From positions 124,001-188,000 of the forward strand of contig JAUCBJ010001140.1 in the NCBI GenBank assembly GCA_032718475.1: a stretch of 64,000 nt of DNA, in the 5' to 3' direction. This document shows positions 21,633 to 35,512 of this stretch, piece by piece. The DNA comes from Nemertoderma westbladi. Lineage: Eukaryota; Animalia; Xenacoelomorpha. Made by a program: the position numbers and the translations under genes. The notes below the pieces were generated by a model, which did no database searches, was not told where the DNA came from, and saw only the letters and a program-made list of their open reading frames with translations. The first letter of the stretch is position 1; every line of letters begins with the position of its first letter.

Positions 21633-23002
21633 TATACTACTACTATGTACTACTACTGTACTACTACTAGGAACGGAATGCTGCATTGCAGCTGCATTTT
21701 TAAGAATGCTGTGCCAGCTTGTCGACAAAATTGCGGCGCCACAACTCCCTATCACCCATGACATTTACGAGATCATCCGCATCTTCAAGGCCAGTGTCCT
21801 TTAAGATGCGTCTCAAGAAAGTCATGGGCTGTCCACCATGCTTATTCACTCTATGAGGCTGCCAAAGTACAAGATTATGCACTGGCTGGTCCTCACGGCG
21901 AAAGCAATGTCCTGCAAAGTCGAGGCGATTTTGTTCTAGTGTCAAGCTTGGGGGAACCAATGAGACACCTCCAATGTTATATAGTGTCTGGTTGGAGATG
22001 TGTGCATTGTACTTGACACAGTGAACCCGGCGTAGCATTATTGTGAATGTGCCATCCAGAGATTTGGTGTCCGCAGCAGTTAGAGCCCAGCATGGACTCC
22101 CATAGAGGAGTACTGGAACTACTGCTACTCTAAATAATCGAACCTTAAGTTTCCGATTAATTCTCGGTGACTTCCAAATCCAGGAAAGCCTATTCAAGGC
22201 TGCCCATGCCTTTCCCTTACGTATTCGAAGGTCCTCACCTGACTTCCGGATCCATGATCCCAGGTAACAGAAGTCGTCCACATGCTCGAGCATACCATCC
22301 TTTGAGCTTTGCTCATCCGATCAGAGACTTGCTGAGGACTTTCAAAGTTAACTGTCAAAATTTTGGTCTTTTTAGAGTTAATAAAAAGACCAACATTAGA
22401 AGCAGCCGGTTCTAATGAGCAGAGGAGCCGTTGGGCTCCCTCTAGTGATTCTGACAGTACTCCTAAGTCATCAGCAAAGTCTAGATCAGTTAGGTATTTG
22501 GCAGGATTTCCTCGACTTCTGGAGCCAGTAGGTGGAGTTATCATCACCCCATCATCATTATGATGATCTAAGGACATGCGTAGGGTAGAACATAGTCAAC
22601 CACAATTATGAACAAGAATGGTGCAAGTGTGTCTCCCTGTAGGAGGCCCCATAACACTTCAAATGGTTCTCTGTCACCGTCAACAGTAGACACAAATGTT
22701 GCCGAACCATCGTATACTGATCTGATTGCTGCAATAATTTCATCAGGAATCCCATATAATGAAAGTATGCTGAACATGCGTGAGCGGGAGACTGAATTGC
22801 CTTGAAGAAGTCAACAAAGATAACAGCCAGATGCCTGTCTTTCTTTTTTGATAACTCTTCAATTATCCTTCTAAGTGCCAAAATGGGCTCCATGGTCCCA
22901 CGACCTTTACGGAACCCATTCTGATTTCCACGGAGCAGTCTCTCAATGGGATTCCTGATGCGATTTAATAGAATTCTATTGTATAGCTTTGCAACAATCG
23001 AG
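21633..23002 (-). pseudogene. 5'-truncated, frameshifted non-LTR retrotransposon (RTE-like) reverse transcriptase with (TAG)n tail
   Basis: AKLYNRILLNR, QNGFRKGR, IFVDF, QGDTLAPFLF, LDFADDL, FCYLGSW, VLLYG spread across several frames; TAC repeats at 21633-21670. Confidence 0.9.
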
Positions 23003-24778
23003 TCAGATCACACTGATAACCGGGATCTGACGGATATGGGTTACCTCTGATTTACTAAATAGTTAATATAGGGCGATATCCCAGATCATTATTATAAGCA
23101 AAGCTCTTATCATTAATTGTATCACGATTGAGAGTTGTCATAAATTGATTGCGGTAGAAATATTAATATAATTACAATAAAGACAAGTCAAAATACTGTA
23201 CGTTTCCTCTAAAGGGAAACACAAACACTGGACTTGAGTCCTTACATAATTAATTAGTCTGTCATTTACTTGTTATACTGTGTTGTCACACCCTCCCGGT
23301 ATCGTATCTCAGTTAAATACAATAGATAATAAAATACCGTATCGAACCAAATAAGTTATAGAGCCAATCAATACATGAAAAGGAAAGGAAGGGGAATTAA
23401 TCGATACAGTGAGCGGCCCTCGGTGCCAGGTACACTAGCGCAATTCCGTTTATTGTATCAGACCAATATCTAAAGGCCCTCAGTGCATATAATCTCTGCG
23501 TAGTACTAAAAGAGTCAAAATATATAAATTGAGATTGAAAGAACATATTTTACTAAAAGCGCTAACAGAAATAACGAATAAACAGTTCGTAAAACATCGT
23601 ACCCCCCCCCCCCCCCCCTCGAGTGTTTTGATTTGCTTATTTAAATATAATTGTTCTATTAATGTGCTTATTTTCTCTGATTTCGACTGACTATCTTAAT
23701 TAGTAGGAATTTTGTGCATAAATATTTATCGATTAATATTCTAGACCTGGCCCGTTTATTGTATTTTTCGGTGAGTATTCTGCAAGTATTTGATAAACTT
23801 ATATACTGGTGTATAACCGGAGAGTGTAAAGGAGTACTTTATATATCGTTATTTATAATTGGTGTATTTGTTGTTTTTTGCTTAGCGCCCTGTGTTGTTG
23901 GACCTTGTAAGGCGTAGACGTTCGTTTTCTACTGTAAGCCGGGTACAATAGGTAAATTCCCGCTGCAATAATTCTAGATTGGTCGGGTCAGATAATAGAC
24001 GGAATCTCATATTTACTGTAAAACATTTTACTGCAAGTCTGCCTGCTGTGAATTACCGGTATCTGATAGCTTGGCTTCATAGTGTATCAAATCAAGTGGA
24101 TGTATAATTGTTTTGTAGGCCTCATTTTACCCCCTATCTTATTCCTTTTTCCCTTATTGGAACATATAAAGTTATTTATTTCGTTGTGGGAGGAAATATT
24201 ACTTTATACCCGACGAATTACCTTTCATACTTGGTTTTACGGAATTAAAGCGCAGAAGTACGACTGGCACAATCAATAATATCCACAACATAGTCTCTGG
24301 ATGAATCGTGGGGCACTTTCATTTCTTCAACCAAGTATCGAACTGACCTCGCACTGATCGACTTACCTCAGTACATACAGACTTACTAGTTCGAATTTTT
24401 CAGTCGATTGGAACCACTTTATGCGGTCTTCGCCCGTCAACAGTTCATTATATCATATATTAGGCCAAATAACTAAAAGTCCTAAGTAGCGTATGCGGCA
24501 ATCCCGGGGACGCATTCTACCAACAGTATCTATTGTTTTTATTTGTGCTATTAACGTTTGTCTCTTGTCTGGTTTCGACGTCCTAAACGCTCGAAACGTT
24601 TTACAAACCCCATGGTAAATTCCCAGTCTTATTGTTCTGCCAATTTTGTTTTTTGTTGTGTACTACATTAAAGTAAACTCAAAGTTTACACCACCGCTTG
24701 TAACGTAGGTACTTTAGATATAAGTAACGTTTTATATTATTTTTATAAGTTGTGCGGTTTTTTATTCCGATATTATTA

Positions 24779-26968
24779 TCTAATATATATAAATATCGAT
24801 TGTCTGTCAGTCAGTCAGTCTGTCTGTGTGTTTGTCATCGGCTATACAATCGAACCCATCTCGATGAAATCTCGCTTGCTATAGCTCGTTAGAAAGGTCT
24901 CGCCCTAACTCGTTGCAACGTAATACTCAGAGTCGTCTGAAGTTCGCCCGTCTGCCGCTAGAGGGCGATTTTCGTGATTTTCGGGCGAAATTTATCGAAT
25001 TATTTCGGTTCTTCTATCGGTAATTAATGATTTAGAGGGCTAACATTTATCCCACCTGGTATAAAATTAACATGGGTAGATTCGCCGTGTCCCATTCTCA
25101 CAAAGTATTTATTTTATTCGAGTGTTTAATATAAATATGTATGATTATTTATTGATTAAAAAACAAATAGTGTATAAATATGTCATATTCGCCAAGCACG
25201 ATCGAATTGGCCTATTGTTATTGAATAGGGAAGGATTGTTTTCTGTAGCAACCTTAAGGTAATTATTGAACTCGCAGCTAGCTGGCTGGGCACAGATAAG
25301 GAGCAAGCAGGCTGGAGTGTTGATTGGGGTGGGTTTGGGTTGTAGTAATTCTGCTTTCTCAATCATTGGCTGCATGGAAGGAGAGGTTTATAACATTTTT
25401 GTTTTACTGTTATGAATATTAAAAGTAAAAATAATTATTTCTATAGGCCTATACTTACTGTATTATTATGTTATCTAATATTATACATCTAATCTCGATG
25501 AAATCTCGCTTACTATAGCTCGTTAGATAGGTCTCGCCCTAACTCGTTGCAACGTAATACTCAGAGCCGTCTGAAGTTCCCCCGTCTGCCGCTAGAGGGC
25601 GAATTATCCGATAGTGAAAACCTGATCTTATTGGGTTGTTTTTAATGCTTTTGAGCTGAAACTTGGTAGCTATATACTGCAGCATAGGCTGTATATTTCC
25701 GGAGTCACTGGGTGGTCTACAGTTCCCCAGTCTACCGTTAGAGTGCTAAATGTCTGAGAGATAACATCTTCTCCAACTTTATTATTTACAATCCGTTTTG
25801 ACTGAAACTTGGTAGGCATCTACTACAGCATAGGCTGAATCTTTACTGAGTCGCAAAGTCGTCTACAATTTCCCAGTCTACCGCTAGAGGGCGAAATGTC
25901 TGCAAGTTAACATCTTCTCTAACTTTGTTATTTATAATCCATTTAGACTGAACTTGGTAGGCATCTACTACAGCATAGGCTATATCTTTACTGAGTCGCG
26001 CAGAGTTGTCTACAGTACCCGCGTCTGCCGCTAGAGGGCGAAATGTATGAAAGTTAACATCTTCTCCAACTTTGTTATTTACAATCCTTTTAGACTGAAA
26101 CTTGGTAGGCATCTACTATAGCATAGGCTATATCTTTGCGGAGTAGTAGAGTCGTCTACAGTTCCACAGTCAGACGCAAGAGGGCGAATTGTCTGATAGT
26201 GAAAACCTCATCCCATTTGGTTCTTTTTAATCCTTTTGAGCTGAAACTTGGCAGGTATCTACTACATCCTAGGCTCTATCTTTACGGAGTTGCAGAGTCC
26301 TATACACTTCCCCAGTCTACCGCTAGAGGGTGAAATGTCTGAAAATTAACATCTTCTCCAACTTTGTTATTTACAAACGGTTTAGACTGAAACTTGGTAG
26401 GCATCTACTACAGCATAGGCTCTACCTTTACGGAGTCGCAGAGTTGTATACAGTTCCCCTATCTGCCGCTAGAGGGCGAATTGTCTGATAGTGAACACCT
26501 CATCCCAATTGGTTCTCTTTAATCCCTTTGAGCTGAAACTTGGCAGGAATCTACTGCAGCATATTCTGTATCTTTACGGAGTCCCAGAGTCGTCTACAGT
26601 TCTTCAGTCTACCGCTAGAAGTCTGAATGTGAACATCTACACCAATTTTGTTATTTACAATCTGTTTAAGCTGAAACTTGAAAGGCAGGCATTTTACTTC
26701 ATAAACCCCACCTTTACCAAACTGCAGCGCCGTCTGCATTTCACCAGTCCGCAGGTAGAGGGTGGATCTGAAAGTGATCATTTTCTGGAAATTTTGTTAT
26801 TTACAATCTGACTAAAGTTGAAACTTGAAAGTTATCTCTTATGGGGGTGGTGTTTTATTTAATGATGGTGTCTGTTCCGTATGCAGTTCTCCAATCTTCC
26901 ACACATATTCATATATCATCTGCACGTGCACTAGAAAGCTGTGGCCCGAAGGGCCACAGGCTTTCTAG
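24779..26968 (+). mobile_element. Non-autonomous Helitron, copy 1
   Basis: A|TCTAATATATATAAA 5' end, (CTGT/CAGT)n microsatellite, internal ~146-bp repeats, 3' hairpin TGTGGCCC-GAA-GGGCCACA and terminal CTAG. Confidence 0.88.
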
Positions 26969-29333
26969 TCTAATATATATAAATATCGATTGTCTGTCTG
27001 TCTGTGTGTTTGTCATCGGCTATACAATCGAACCCATCTCGATGAAATCTCGCTTGCTATAGCTCGTTAGAAAGGTCTCGCCCTAACTCGTTGCAACGTA
27101 ATACTCAGAGCCGTTTGAAGTTCGCCCGTCTGCCGCTAGAGGGCGATTTTCGTGATTTTCGGGCGAAATTTATCGAATTATTTCGGTTCTTCTATCGGTA
27201 ATTAATGATTTAGAGGGCTAACATTTATCCCACCTAGTATAAAATTAACATGGGTAGATTCGCCGTGTCCCATTCTCACAAAGTTTTTATTTTATTCGAG
27301 TGTTTAATATAAATATGTATGATTATTTATTAATTAAAAATCAAGTAGTGTATAAATATGTCATATTCGCCAAGCACGATCGAATTGGCCTATTGGTATT
27401 GAATAGGGAAGGATTGTTTTCTGTATCATAGCAACGTTAAGGTAATTATTGAACTCGCAGCTAGCTGGCTGGGCACAGATAAGGAGCAAGCAGGCTGGAG
27501 TGTTGATTGGGGTGGGTTTGGGTTGTCTATTGCGAATTGCTCAGAGTCATTCTGCTTTCTCAATCATTGGCTGCGTGGAAGGAGAGGTTTATAACATTTT
27601 TGTTTTACTGTTATGAATATTAAAAGTAAAATAATTATTTCTGTTGGCCTGTACTTACTAACTTACTGTATTATTATTTTATCTAATATTATACATCTAA
27701 TCTCGATGAAATCTCGCTTACTATAGCTCGTTAGATAGGTCTCGCCCTAACTCGTTGCAACGTAATACTCAGAGCCGTCTGAAGTTCCACCGTCTGCCGC
27801 TAGAGGGCGAATTATCCGATAGTGAAAACCTGATCTTATTGGATTGTTTTTAATGCTTTTGAGCTGAAACTTGGTAGATATATACTGCAGCATAGGCTGT
27901 ATATTTCCGGAGTCACTGGGTTGTCTACAGTTCCCCAGTCTACCGTTAGAGGGCTAAATGTCTGAGAGTTAACATCTTCTCCAACTTTATTATTTACAAT
28001 CCGTTTTGACTGAAACTTGGTAGGCATCTACTACAGCATAGGCTATATCTTTGCGGAGTAGTAGAGTCGTCTACAGTTCCACAGTCAGCCGCAAGAGGGC
28101 GAATTGTCTGATAGTGAAAACCTCATCCCATTTGGTTCTTTTTAATCCTTTTGAGCTGAAACTTGGCAGGTATCTACTACATCCTAGGCTCTATCTTTAC
28201 GGAGTTGCAGAGTCCTATACACTTCCCCAGTCTACCGCTAGAGGGCGAAATGTCTGAAAGTTACCATCTTCTCCAACTTTGTTATTTATAATCCATTTAG
28301 ACTGAACTTGGTAGGCATCTACTACAGCATAGGCTATATCTTTACTGAGTCGCGCAGAGTTGTCTACATTACCCGCGTCTGCCGCTAGAGGGCGAAATGT
28401 ATGAAAGTTAACATCTCCTCCAACTTTGTTATTTACAATCCTTTTAGACTGAAACTTGGTAGACATCTACTATAGCATAGGCTATATCTTTGTGGAGTAG
28501 TAGAGTCGTCTACAGTTCGACAGTCAGCCGCTAGAGGGGGAATTGTCTGATAGTGAAAACCTCATCCCATTTGGTTCTTTTTAATCATTTTGAGCTGAAA
28601 CTTGGCAGGTATCTACTACATCATAGGCTGTATCTTTACGGAGTTGCAGAGTCCTATACACTTCCCCAGTCTACCGCTAGAGGGTGAAATGTCTGAAAGT
28701 TAACATCTTCTCCAACTTTGTTATTTACTAACGGTTTAGACTGAAACTTGGTAGGCATCTACTACAACATAGGCTGTACCTTTACGGATTCGCAGAGTTG
28801 TATACAGTCCCACCATCTGCCGCTAGAGGGCGAAATATCTGATAGTGAACACCTCATCCCATTTGGTTCTTTTTAATCCTATTGAGCTGGAACTTGGCAG
28901 GAATCTACTACAGCATATTCTGTATCTTTACGGAGTCCTAGAGTCGTCTACAGTTCTTCAGTCTACCGCTAGAGGGTGAAATGTTTGAATATGAACATCT
29001 ACACCAATTTTGTTATTTACAATCTGTTTAAGCTGAAACTTGAAAGGCAGGCATTTTACTTCACCATAAACCCCATCTTTACCAAACTGTAGCGCCGTCT
29101 GCATTTCACCAGTCCGCAGGTAGAGGGTGGATCTGAAAGTGATCATTTTCTGGAAATTTTGTTATTTACAATCTGCCTAAAGTTGAAACTTGACAGTTAT
29201 CTCTTATGGGGGTGGTGTTTTATTTAATGATGGTGTCTGTTCCGTATGCAGTTCTCAAATCTCCCACACATATTCATATATCATCTGCATGTGCACTAGA
29301 AAGCTGTGGCCCGAAGGGCCACAGGCTTTCTAG
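26969..29333 (+). mobile_element. Non-autonomous Helitron, copy 2, head-to-tail with copy 1
   Basis: Starts TC directly after the CTAG of copy 1; same hairpin; ends CTAG|T. Confidence 0.88.
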
Positions 29334-29364
29334 TTCCATAATAAATATAAAGGTAACATTTAAC

Positions 29365-30480
29365 GGGCGTAGACGCTGTGCAGACATAGGTGCCGACATA
29401 GGTGCCGACATAGGTGCCGACATAGGTGCCGACATAGGTGCCGACATAGGTGCCGACACAGGTGCCGACACAGGTGCCGACACAGGTGCCGACATAGGTG
29501 CCGACACAGGTGCCGACACAGGTGCCGACACAGGTGCCGACACAGGTGCCGACACAGGTGCCGACACAGGTGCCGACACAGGTGCCGACACAGGTGCCGA
29601 CACAGGTGCCGACACAGGTGCCGACACAGGTGCCGACACAGGTGCCGACACAGGTGCCGACATAGGTGCCGACAAAGGTGCCGACATAGGTGCCGACATA
29701 GTGACCGACTTAGGCACTCAGGTTTCTCTCAATATGTTTATCTCACTAAATGGCTTACTTGTTGTGACGTTATATACTGTCTATTTGTAACTTTCAGAAA
29801 AATCAAATTCCAAAAGCTTTATATGGCAGATTATCCCCGTCGGCAGTATGCAAAGGTTTAACACGTCAAAAAATATTTTATACCATACCTGAAGACCCCC
29901 TGCGATAGGAATACATGTTGTATAATAACATCCTGCTGTCAATAATTAACGTAAATGATGTGTTTCATTTACCCAATAAACCTTGCCGCATGTCTGGCAT
30001 CAAGTCAGAATGTTATTATTAACTTCACATAAAAATAATTATTCCTTTTCAGGCAGCATCATCCATTCAGAAGACTTTAAACAAGCGAATACATAAGATA
30101 CAAGGAGTCTAAACAATTACCCATTTATATTCTCCTCATGTGTCAGTCTAAACTATACTTAAAAATTATTCTAATTCTACGGCGGTAATCGAATACCGCA
30201 ACCATAGGTATACGGGGGTGGGGGTGGGGGGGGGAGGGCCTATGTCGGCACCTGTGTCGGCACCTGTGTCGGCACCTGTGTCGGCACCTGTGTCGGCACC
30301 TGTGTCGGCTCCTGTGTCGGCACCTGTGTCGGCACCTGTGTCGGCACCTGTGTCGGCTCCTGTGTCGGCACCTGTGTCGGCACCTGTGTCGGCACCTGTG
30401 TCGGCTCCTGTGTCGGCACCTGTGTCGGCACCTGTGTCGGCACCTCTGTCGGCACCTGTGTCGGCACAGCGTCTACGCCC
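29365..30480. mobile_element. Foldback/MULE-like element with inverted 12-bp minisatellite arms
   Basis: TIR GGGCGTAGACGCTGTGC; 9-bp TSD ACATTTAAC; (GGTGCCGACAYA)n on the left and its reverse complement on the right. Confidence 0.88.
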
Positions 30481-31466
30481 ACATTTAACCGATATACATA
30501 CATATAATCGAGCTATTTAACATTTCAGCTCATTAATCCCCCCTCAGATCCATTATTTATAACTTGGATCTCTGTCAGCGTAATATTCCAAAAAACCAAT
30601 ATATTTCTTGGGTGGAATTATTTGTCGTTTCTACAGGCAATATTGGGTCACATGACTGTCCTACCTCTGAAGTAACCATGACAACCCCCTAGGCTTGCAC
30701 TCCCTGTTCAGTTATCTGCTGCTAATAGGTACACTGCATTATACCATAGGGAACATAGCCTCAGTATAGCCCTCAGCTTACTAGCCTCAACCCATCCAAT
30801 TGATTGGACATGTTACGTTGAAGGTAGCTTACCGCATACACTTCATAGTAGTAGTATACTGCCTAGCTTATCACACCTTCCTTACTGTTGGGCGATTCTA
30901 CCTCTAATCAAATAGGAGGTAATTTGTGCTCTGTCAGTGGTAGCATTGCTTGTAGTGAGTTAAACCTAATAACTTCCCCCACCAAGCGGTGAATCAGAAT
31001 ATTTATCACGGCATTATTCCTGACAAATAAATTACCGGTCATATATTTATTATTCACCGGTGATTTGTGGACTGAATTAACCAATTTAATCCCGTGTTAT
31101 TTATTTGGGTGCGATTGTAATAACGAACCTGCCTATTAATAGGCCAGGGTAGTTCTTGTCAAGAGTTGAGCCGTTCAAAAACACGATGTGGTTGTGTGTG
31201 TATGTATAACCATCCAATATCTCAAAAACTCAAGCAGGTGCGCAAATTGAAAATTTAAAGTCGAATTTCACCGATTTTCAACTCGTCGAGTATGCACCAA
31301 CTTTTTTATTTGGGCTATTCAGTCATTTGAGCAACATATTTGAGCCTCAGAATCTTTTCAAATATCGCCAATCTCGCACAGAACGTCGCCAAAATTTGTT
31401 AGTCGGGTAAAAAAACGCACAAATTCGTCTAAGAGTAAATTATTGGTTGAAGAATAATGATTCAAC

Positions 31467-31904
31467 TAGAAAAGCCAGCACGCTAGTATAAGGAGACCGA
31501 CCATACATACACAAGCGCATTGTTAGTTGGGTCCCTTATCATTCATTATCATCAACCTATAAAACATTTGAACGGCCCAGTGCTTACAATAATATTCCCA
31601 TAGGATTCACTGGGAAGAGCTATTCATCTGGTGGGGTAATACATTATACAAACTAACAGTTGATATTTGATTACTTGTCTGGGTTTGAGTGAAAGAGTAA
31701 TAAATTTAGCAAGTAATATACTTCTGTGCAGTTTGGGCCTATCCATTCAATAAATAGTAGTAGCTTACTAGGCCCTCATGAGTACCAGCAGATCTGGTGT
31801 TTCTATCGTTGAGTTGATGGCAATTTTCGTGTTTTCATTTTCGCTCACTCAGGGTACTGGTTTGAGGGGCAGGTTCGTTTAAAGCCAGCTTGCTGGCTTT
31901 CTAG
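31467..31904. mobile_element. Helitron/Helentron-like non-autonomous fragment
   Basis: Hairpin AAAGCCAGC-TT-GCTGGCTTT followed by CTAG|T at 31881-31904; related CTAGAAAAGCCAGC at 31467. Confidence 0.45.
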
Positions 31905-32631
31905 TAATTATTTGTAATACATTATTGTTGTTACAACAAACAGTCGATAATAAAGGGAAGGCATAATAATTATTTAAAGGGTTAATAAAATACTAACAAT
32001 ACTAACAAAAATCTAACAAAATGTCTTATCGTTCAAGTATCAACAAGAGCGCCTCAGACAGTTCTCTTAGCGACCACACCTCTAACCTTGACATAACTGC
32101 GATACCAATACATTCCGACCCGGACAGATCTCCGACTAGAGAATTGCCCGAACCGGAATATTCCAGTTCAACTCAGACAGGTAAACCCATTATGCCCTCA
32201 AAACTAAATCGACCACCCCCGTCACCAGAACTAACCAACCCACTACTGGTCTCGAATCACAATCTGACCGACCGCGAGTGACTGCGACCTCCGACTTAGA
32301 CCGGACGGAAGTCAACACAGACACAGGTTTAAACCAACCATCAGGAATGGACCCACTTATGGCCCCTTCCCCAAGTTTATTAATCGGCCTGCTAAGGGCC
32401 GTTGACAATTATAGGGCCACCGAAAAAGGGTCTAAAGCTCAAATACTCTCTATGGCTGTCACAGAGATGCAAGGCTGTATTGCGATATTATAATTATCCA
32501 GCATTGGATAAGTTTTTTCCATTACATTCCATTACTTTCCCATTCGTAGCTGTAGGCGTAGGTGTAGGCATTAGTGTAGGCGAAGGTGTAGCCGTAGCGT
32601 TTACACCCTAATAATACCTATAATTTGTAAA

Positions 32632-34035
32632 TCTACAGATTTACTTACTGTAAGAAAATCGTGTCTGTCTGTTTGTCTCTCTGTCTGTCTGTTTGTCACA
32701 CGAAAGGCTCCGAAACTATCCGGTCAATTATGTTGTTTTTATTACCCCTCTCCTATAGTGTATGGTCTGAATGGGATGGGATATGCTACCACAGTTTTGG
32801 AGTGATTTAAAAGGAACATTTGTGGAATAACTGTAGAACCCGTAACCACCACGCCACTGATCAAAGACCATAACTTGAAATGTAACAATGACATACTGTT
32901 GCTCAATTTTCAACAGCAATTAAATGGTGCTGAAATGGGCCACCGGTCTGTGAGGAATGGGAATGCAAGACTTAAATATAGATGTTGTTCTATCTTCAAC
33001 TTTTTCGAAAATTTACTCAGCTTTTGTAACGTTGTAGTAAGAGATTAATAAATTCTAACAAATTACGATGCCTCCAACGGCTTCAGACGATTTAGATACT
33101 TTCCATCAACCTCCAACACAAATTCCAAAACACTTTCAGATAGGCTCCAACAGCCAAAACTCGTTTATATGTAACTAAGCTTGGGTGCCAAAAAACCAAA
33201 ATACCAGCGCAACGTTTTCCTTCCAGTGATTAATAATTTATAGTCCATGGGCCAGCCACAGCCAGCATATGGGATACTTTTTGTTAACCATCTGGAACTT
33301 TGACCTACATTTTGCTTTTCATTTTGATATAACAAATCTGAATCGGTAGTTTACTTGGTGTTAACAACGGTTGTCATGGTAATGACAAAATAACAAATAA
33401 TATTCCTAGATTTTAATATAAATTAATCGAATCTTTAGCAAAAGATAGCTACAGGCCTTAAAATTATTAATGTTCCCTAAAATTCAAGAATATAGTTATT
33501 GTTGCTATGGGAGCGTTTCAAAAGGAAATCTGGCATCATACAATGATAGCTACCATTCTAGCTAGAATAATAAGAAAATTAAATGCCAAAATATAGGATA
33601 GGTCTTCCCAAAAAATACAGTTCCAGGTGTGTGGATACCAAAAATTAAACCCATATGCATGCTGGCCCATGGACTAATATTATTAGAAACGAATAAAAAC
33701 GTCGATACATCTTATATTGAACTACATAGTGCTATGGTAAATGTATATATAATCGCGCTCATCTTATAGACATACGGACGCCTTGATTGTCTTCATAGAC
33801 GATCCCATGTACCATTACAGACGTCGTCACTGATATGGAATTTATAGCAATGGCCCGGGCCCGTTTTCAGAGTTACATAAATTAAAAGGTGTCAAAAAGC
33901 CAAAAATGATCAGCGCAAACTCTAGACATACTTTCTCCCAATCCCATAATCTTTCCAGTTCAGTTGCCCGTCTCATCGATTATATATATATAGTTAAACG
34001 CACTACCTTTAAACAATTTGCAAACGGGAGGCTAG
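32632..34035 (+). mobile_element. Degenerate non-autonomous Helitron
   Basis: A|TC start followed by (GTCT)n microsatellite; candidate 3' end ACGGGAGGCTAG|T; hairpin decayed. Confidence 0.45.
33241..33676. mobile_element. MITE with 16-bp TIR
   Basis: TAGTCCATGGGCCAGC / GCTGGCCCATGGACTA; no clean TSD. Confidence 0.55.
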
Positions 34036-34189
34036 TCGTCTTTTAATAACAAATCACAGCAAACTGTATTATTGTATTCTTTTGTTACAGCTTTATGTTG
34101 AACATACAGTGGTACCGGTACTGTACACGAGTGGGGCCTTCATGCTGCAAAAGCCATCTTAGCGAACAATTTAATTAAAATATGGCTAG

Positions 34190-35165
34190 TAGAGTTGAAA
34201 CAGAGACTTGTCACTGATCTCTGGATTCTCCGGGCAGTTTTTTGGTCTCCGGATAGGTCTCTGGTTCCCGGGTATTGAAAACAGACATTTTATCCAGAGC
34301 TCAGTGATTTGACAAATTAGAAATAGTTATTTAAAAATAGATCCTGTACAACACAAAATGTGAAATGAAGATAATTTTTCACAAATTTTTTACAATTATT
34401 TCTTTAATTTTTAACTATTTTTCATACACCACTTCAACACAATTATATTTTCACTTTTACACTATTTCTATTTATAATAAATGTATATACCGATAATCTT
34501 CTATTTAATTAATTTAAGGTGCGTTTAATTGCAAGTTAAATTAGCACCTAAAGATGGTTCTTATTTGAGGATAAGGGCGCTTAATTTGAGCACTCATAAT
34601 GTTTAAATGTGAAAGAGAGGGCTGTTCTCCATTCAATTTGTTATAGGATAGATAATATGACGACCAAATGAAGAGAACGAGCGTAACGAGGCTTGTAAAT
34701 GGGGCGAGTAGAGTACTATACCTGTGCACTGTACTACTACCTGCATATGATTTGAACCATTGTAAAATAAGTGCCTTTAATTAACAAAGTACCGGTACCA
34801 ATGGCGCAAAACAAAATTATGTAACATATTATTTAACAACAACAAAATAAGAACGAATTAATAAACAAATAACCAAATTAATATTAATTAAGCCCCCCAA
34901 ACTGTACGTGCGCTTATTTTCTTACTATGGGTAAGGGTTGAAATGGGTTGGATTTACTTTACTGTAATTGAACCATAGAAAAATAGTTCTAAGGCCGTAT
35001 GTACCTGTTTGTGCTATAGTGGAGTAGGCCTAATCAAATTGTAAGAACAAAAATAAGCTAAGTCTCTGATCTCCGGCTCTGGTCTCCGGTATTTTTCAAA
35101 ATAATTCTCCGGGTAGGTCTCTGGTTTACCGGAATTAAGAAAAACAGGTCTCTGCTTCAACTCTA
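34190..35165. mobile_element. hAT-type non-autonomous element
   Basis: TIR TAGAGTTGAA(A/G)CAGAGAC; 8-bp TSD ATGGCTAG; subterminal CTCCGG/GGTCTCTGG repeats. Confidence 0.88.
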
Positions 35166-35512
35166 ATGGCTAGTTATATATTGGCTTCCGACACATACAC
35201 ACACACACACCCTGGTTAGGCCTACATATAATGTAGTGCATATGTTACAGACTATTCTTGTGTATACCGGGTACTTAAATAAATTATTTACCGGTATATA
35301 CTTTGTTATATATTTTTGTAAACGAAGTTTGTAAAGGTTATCTGAACAAGAAGCACGCATATATACCTAAGCTAAGGATAACATACAATCGGTCATAACA
35401 CAACAGGGTAACATACAATCGATCATAACAGAAACAACATGCGCAGTTTTGATATGTACCATGTTTTTAGTTCGATATATGAAATATCAGTAGAAAATAA
35501 ATCGATTAAAAA

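Noticed and set aside
29206-30520. GADT/SAPV/VPTQ repeat proteins
   Set aside because: Translations of the 12-bp minisatellite arms of the Foldback-like element
32021-32611. Short Pro/Ser-rich ORFs
   Set aside because: Short and fragmented with no domain signal; may be a decayed TE ORF but cannot be supported
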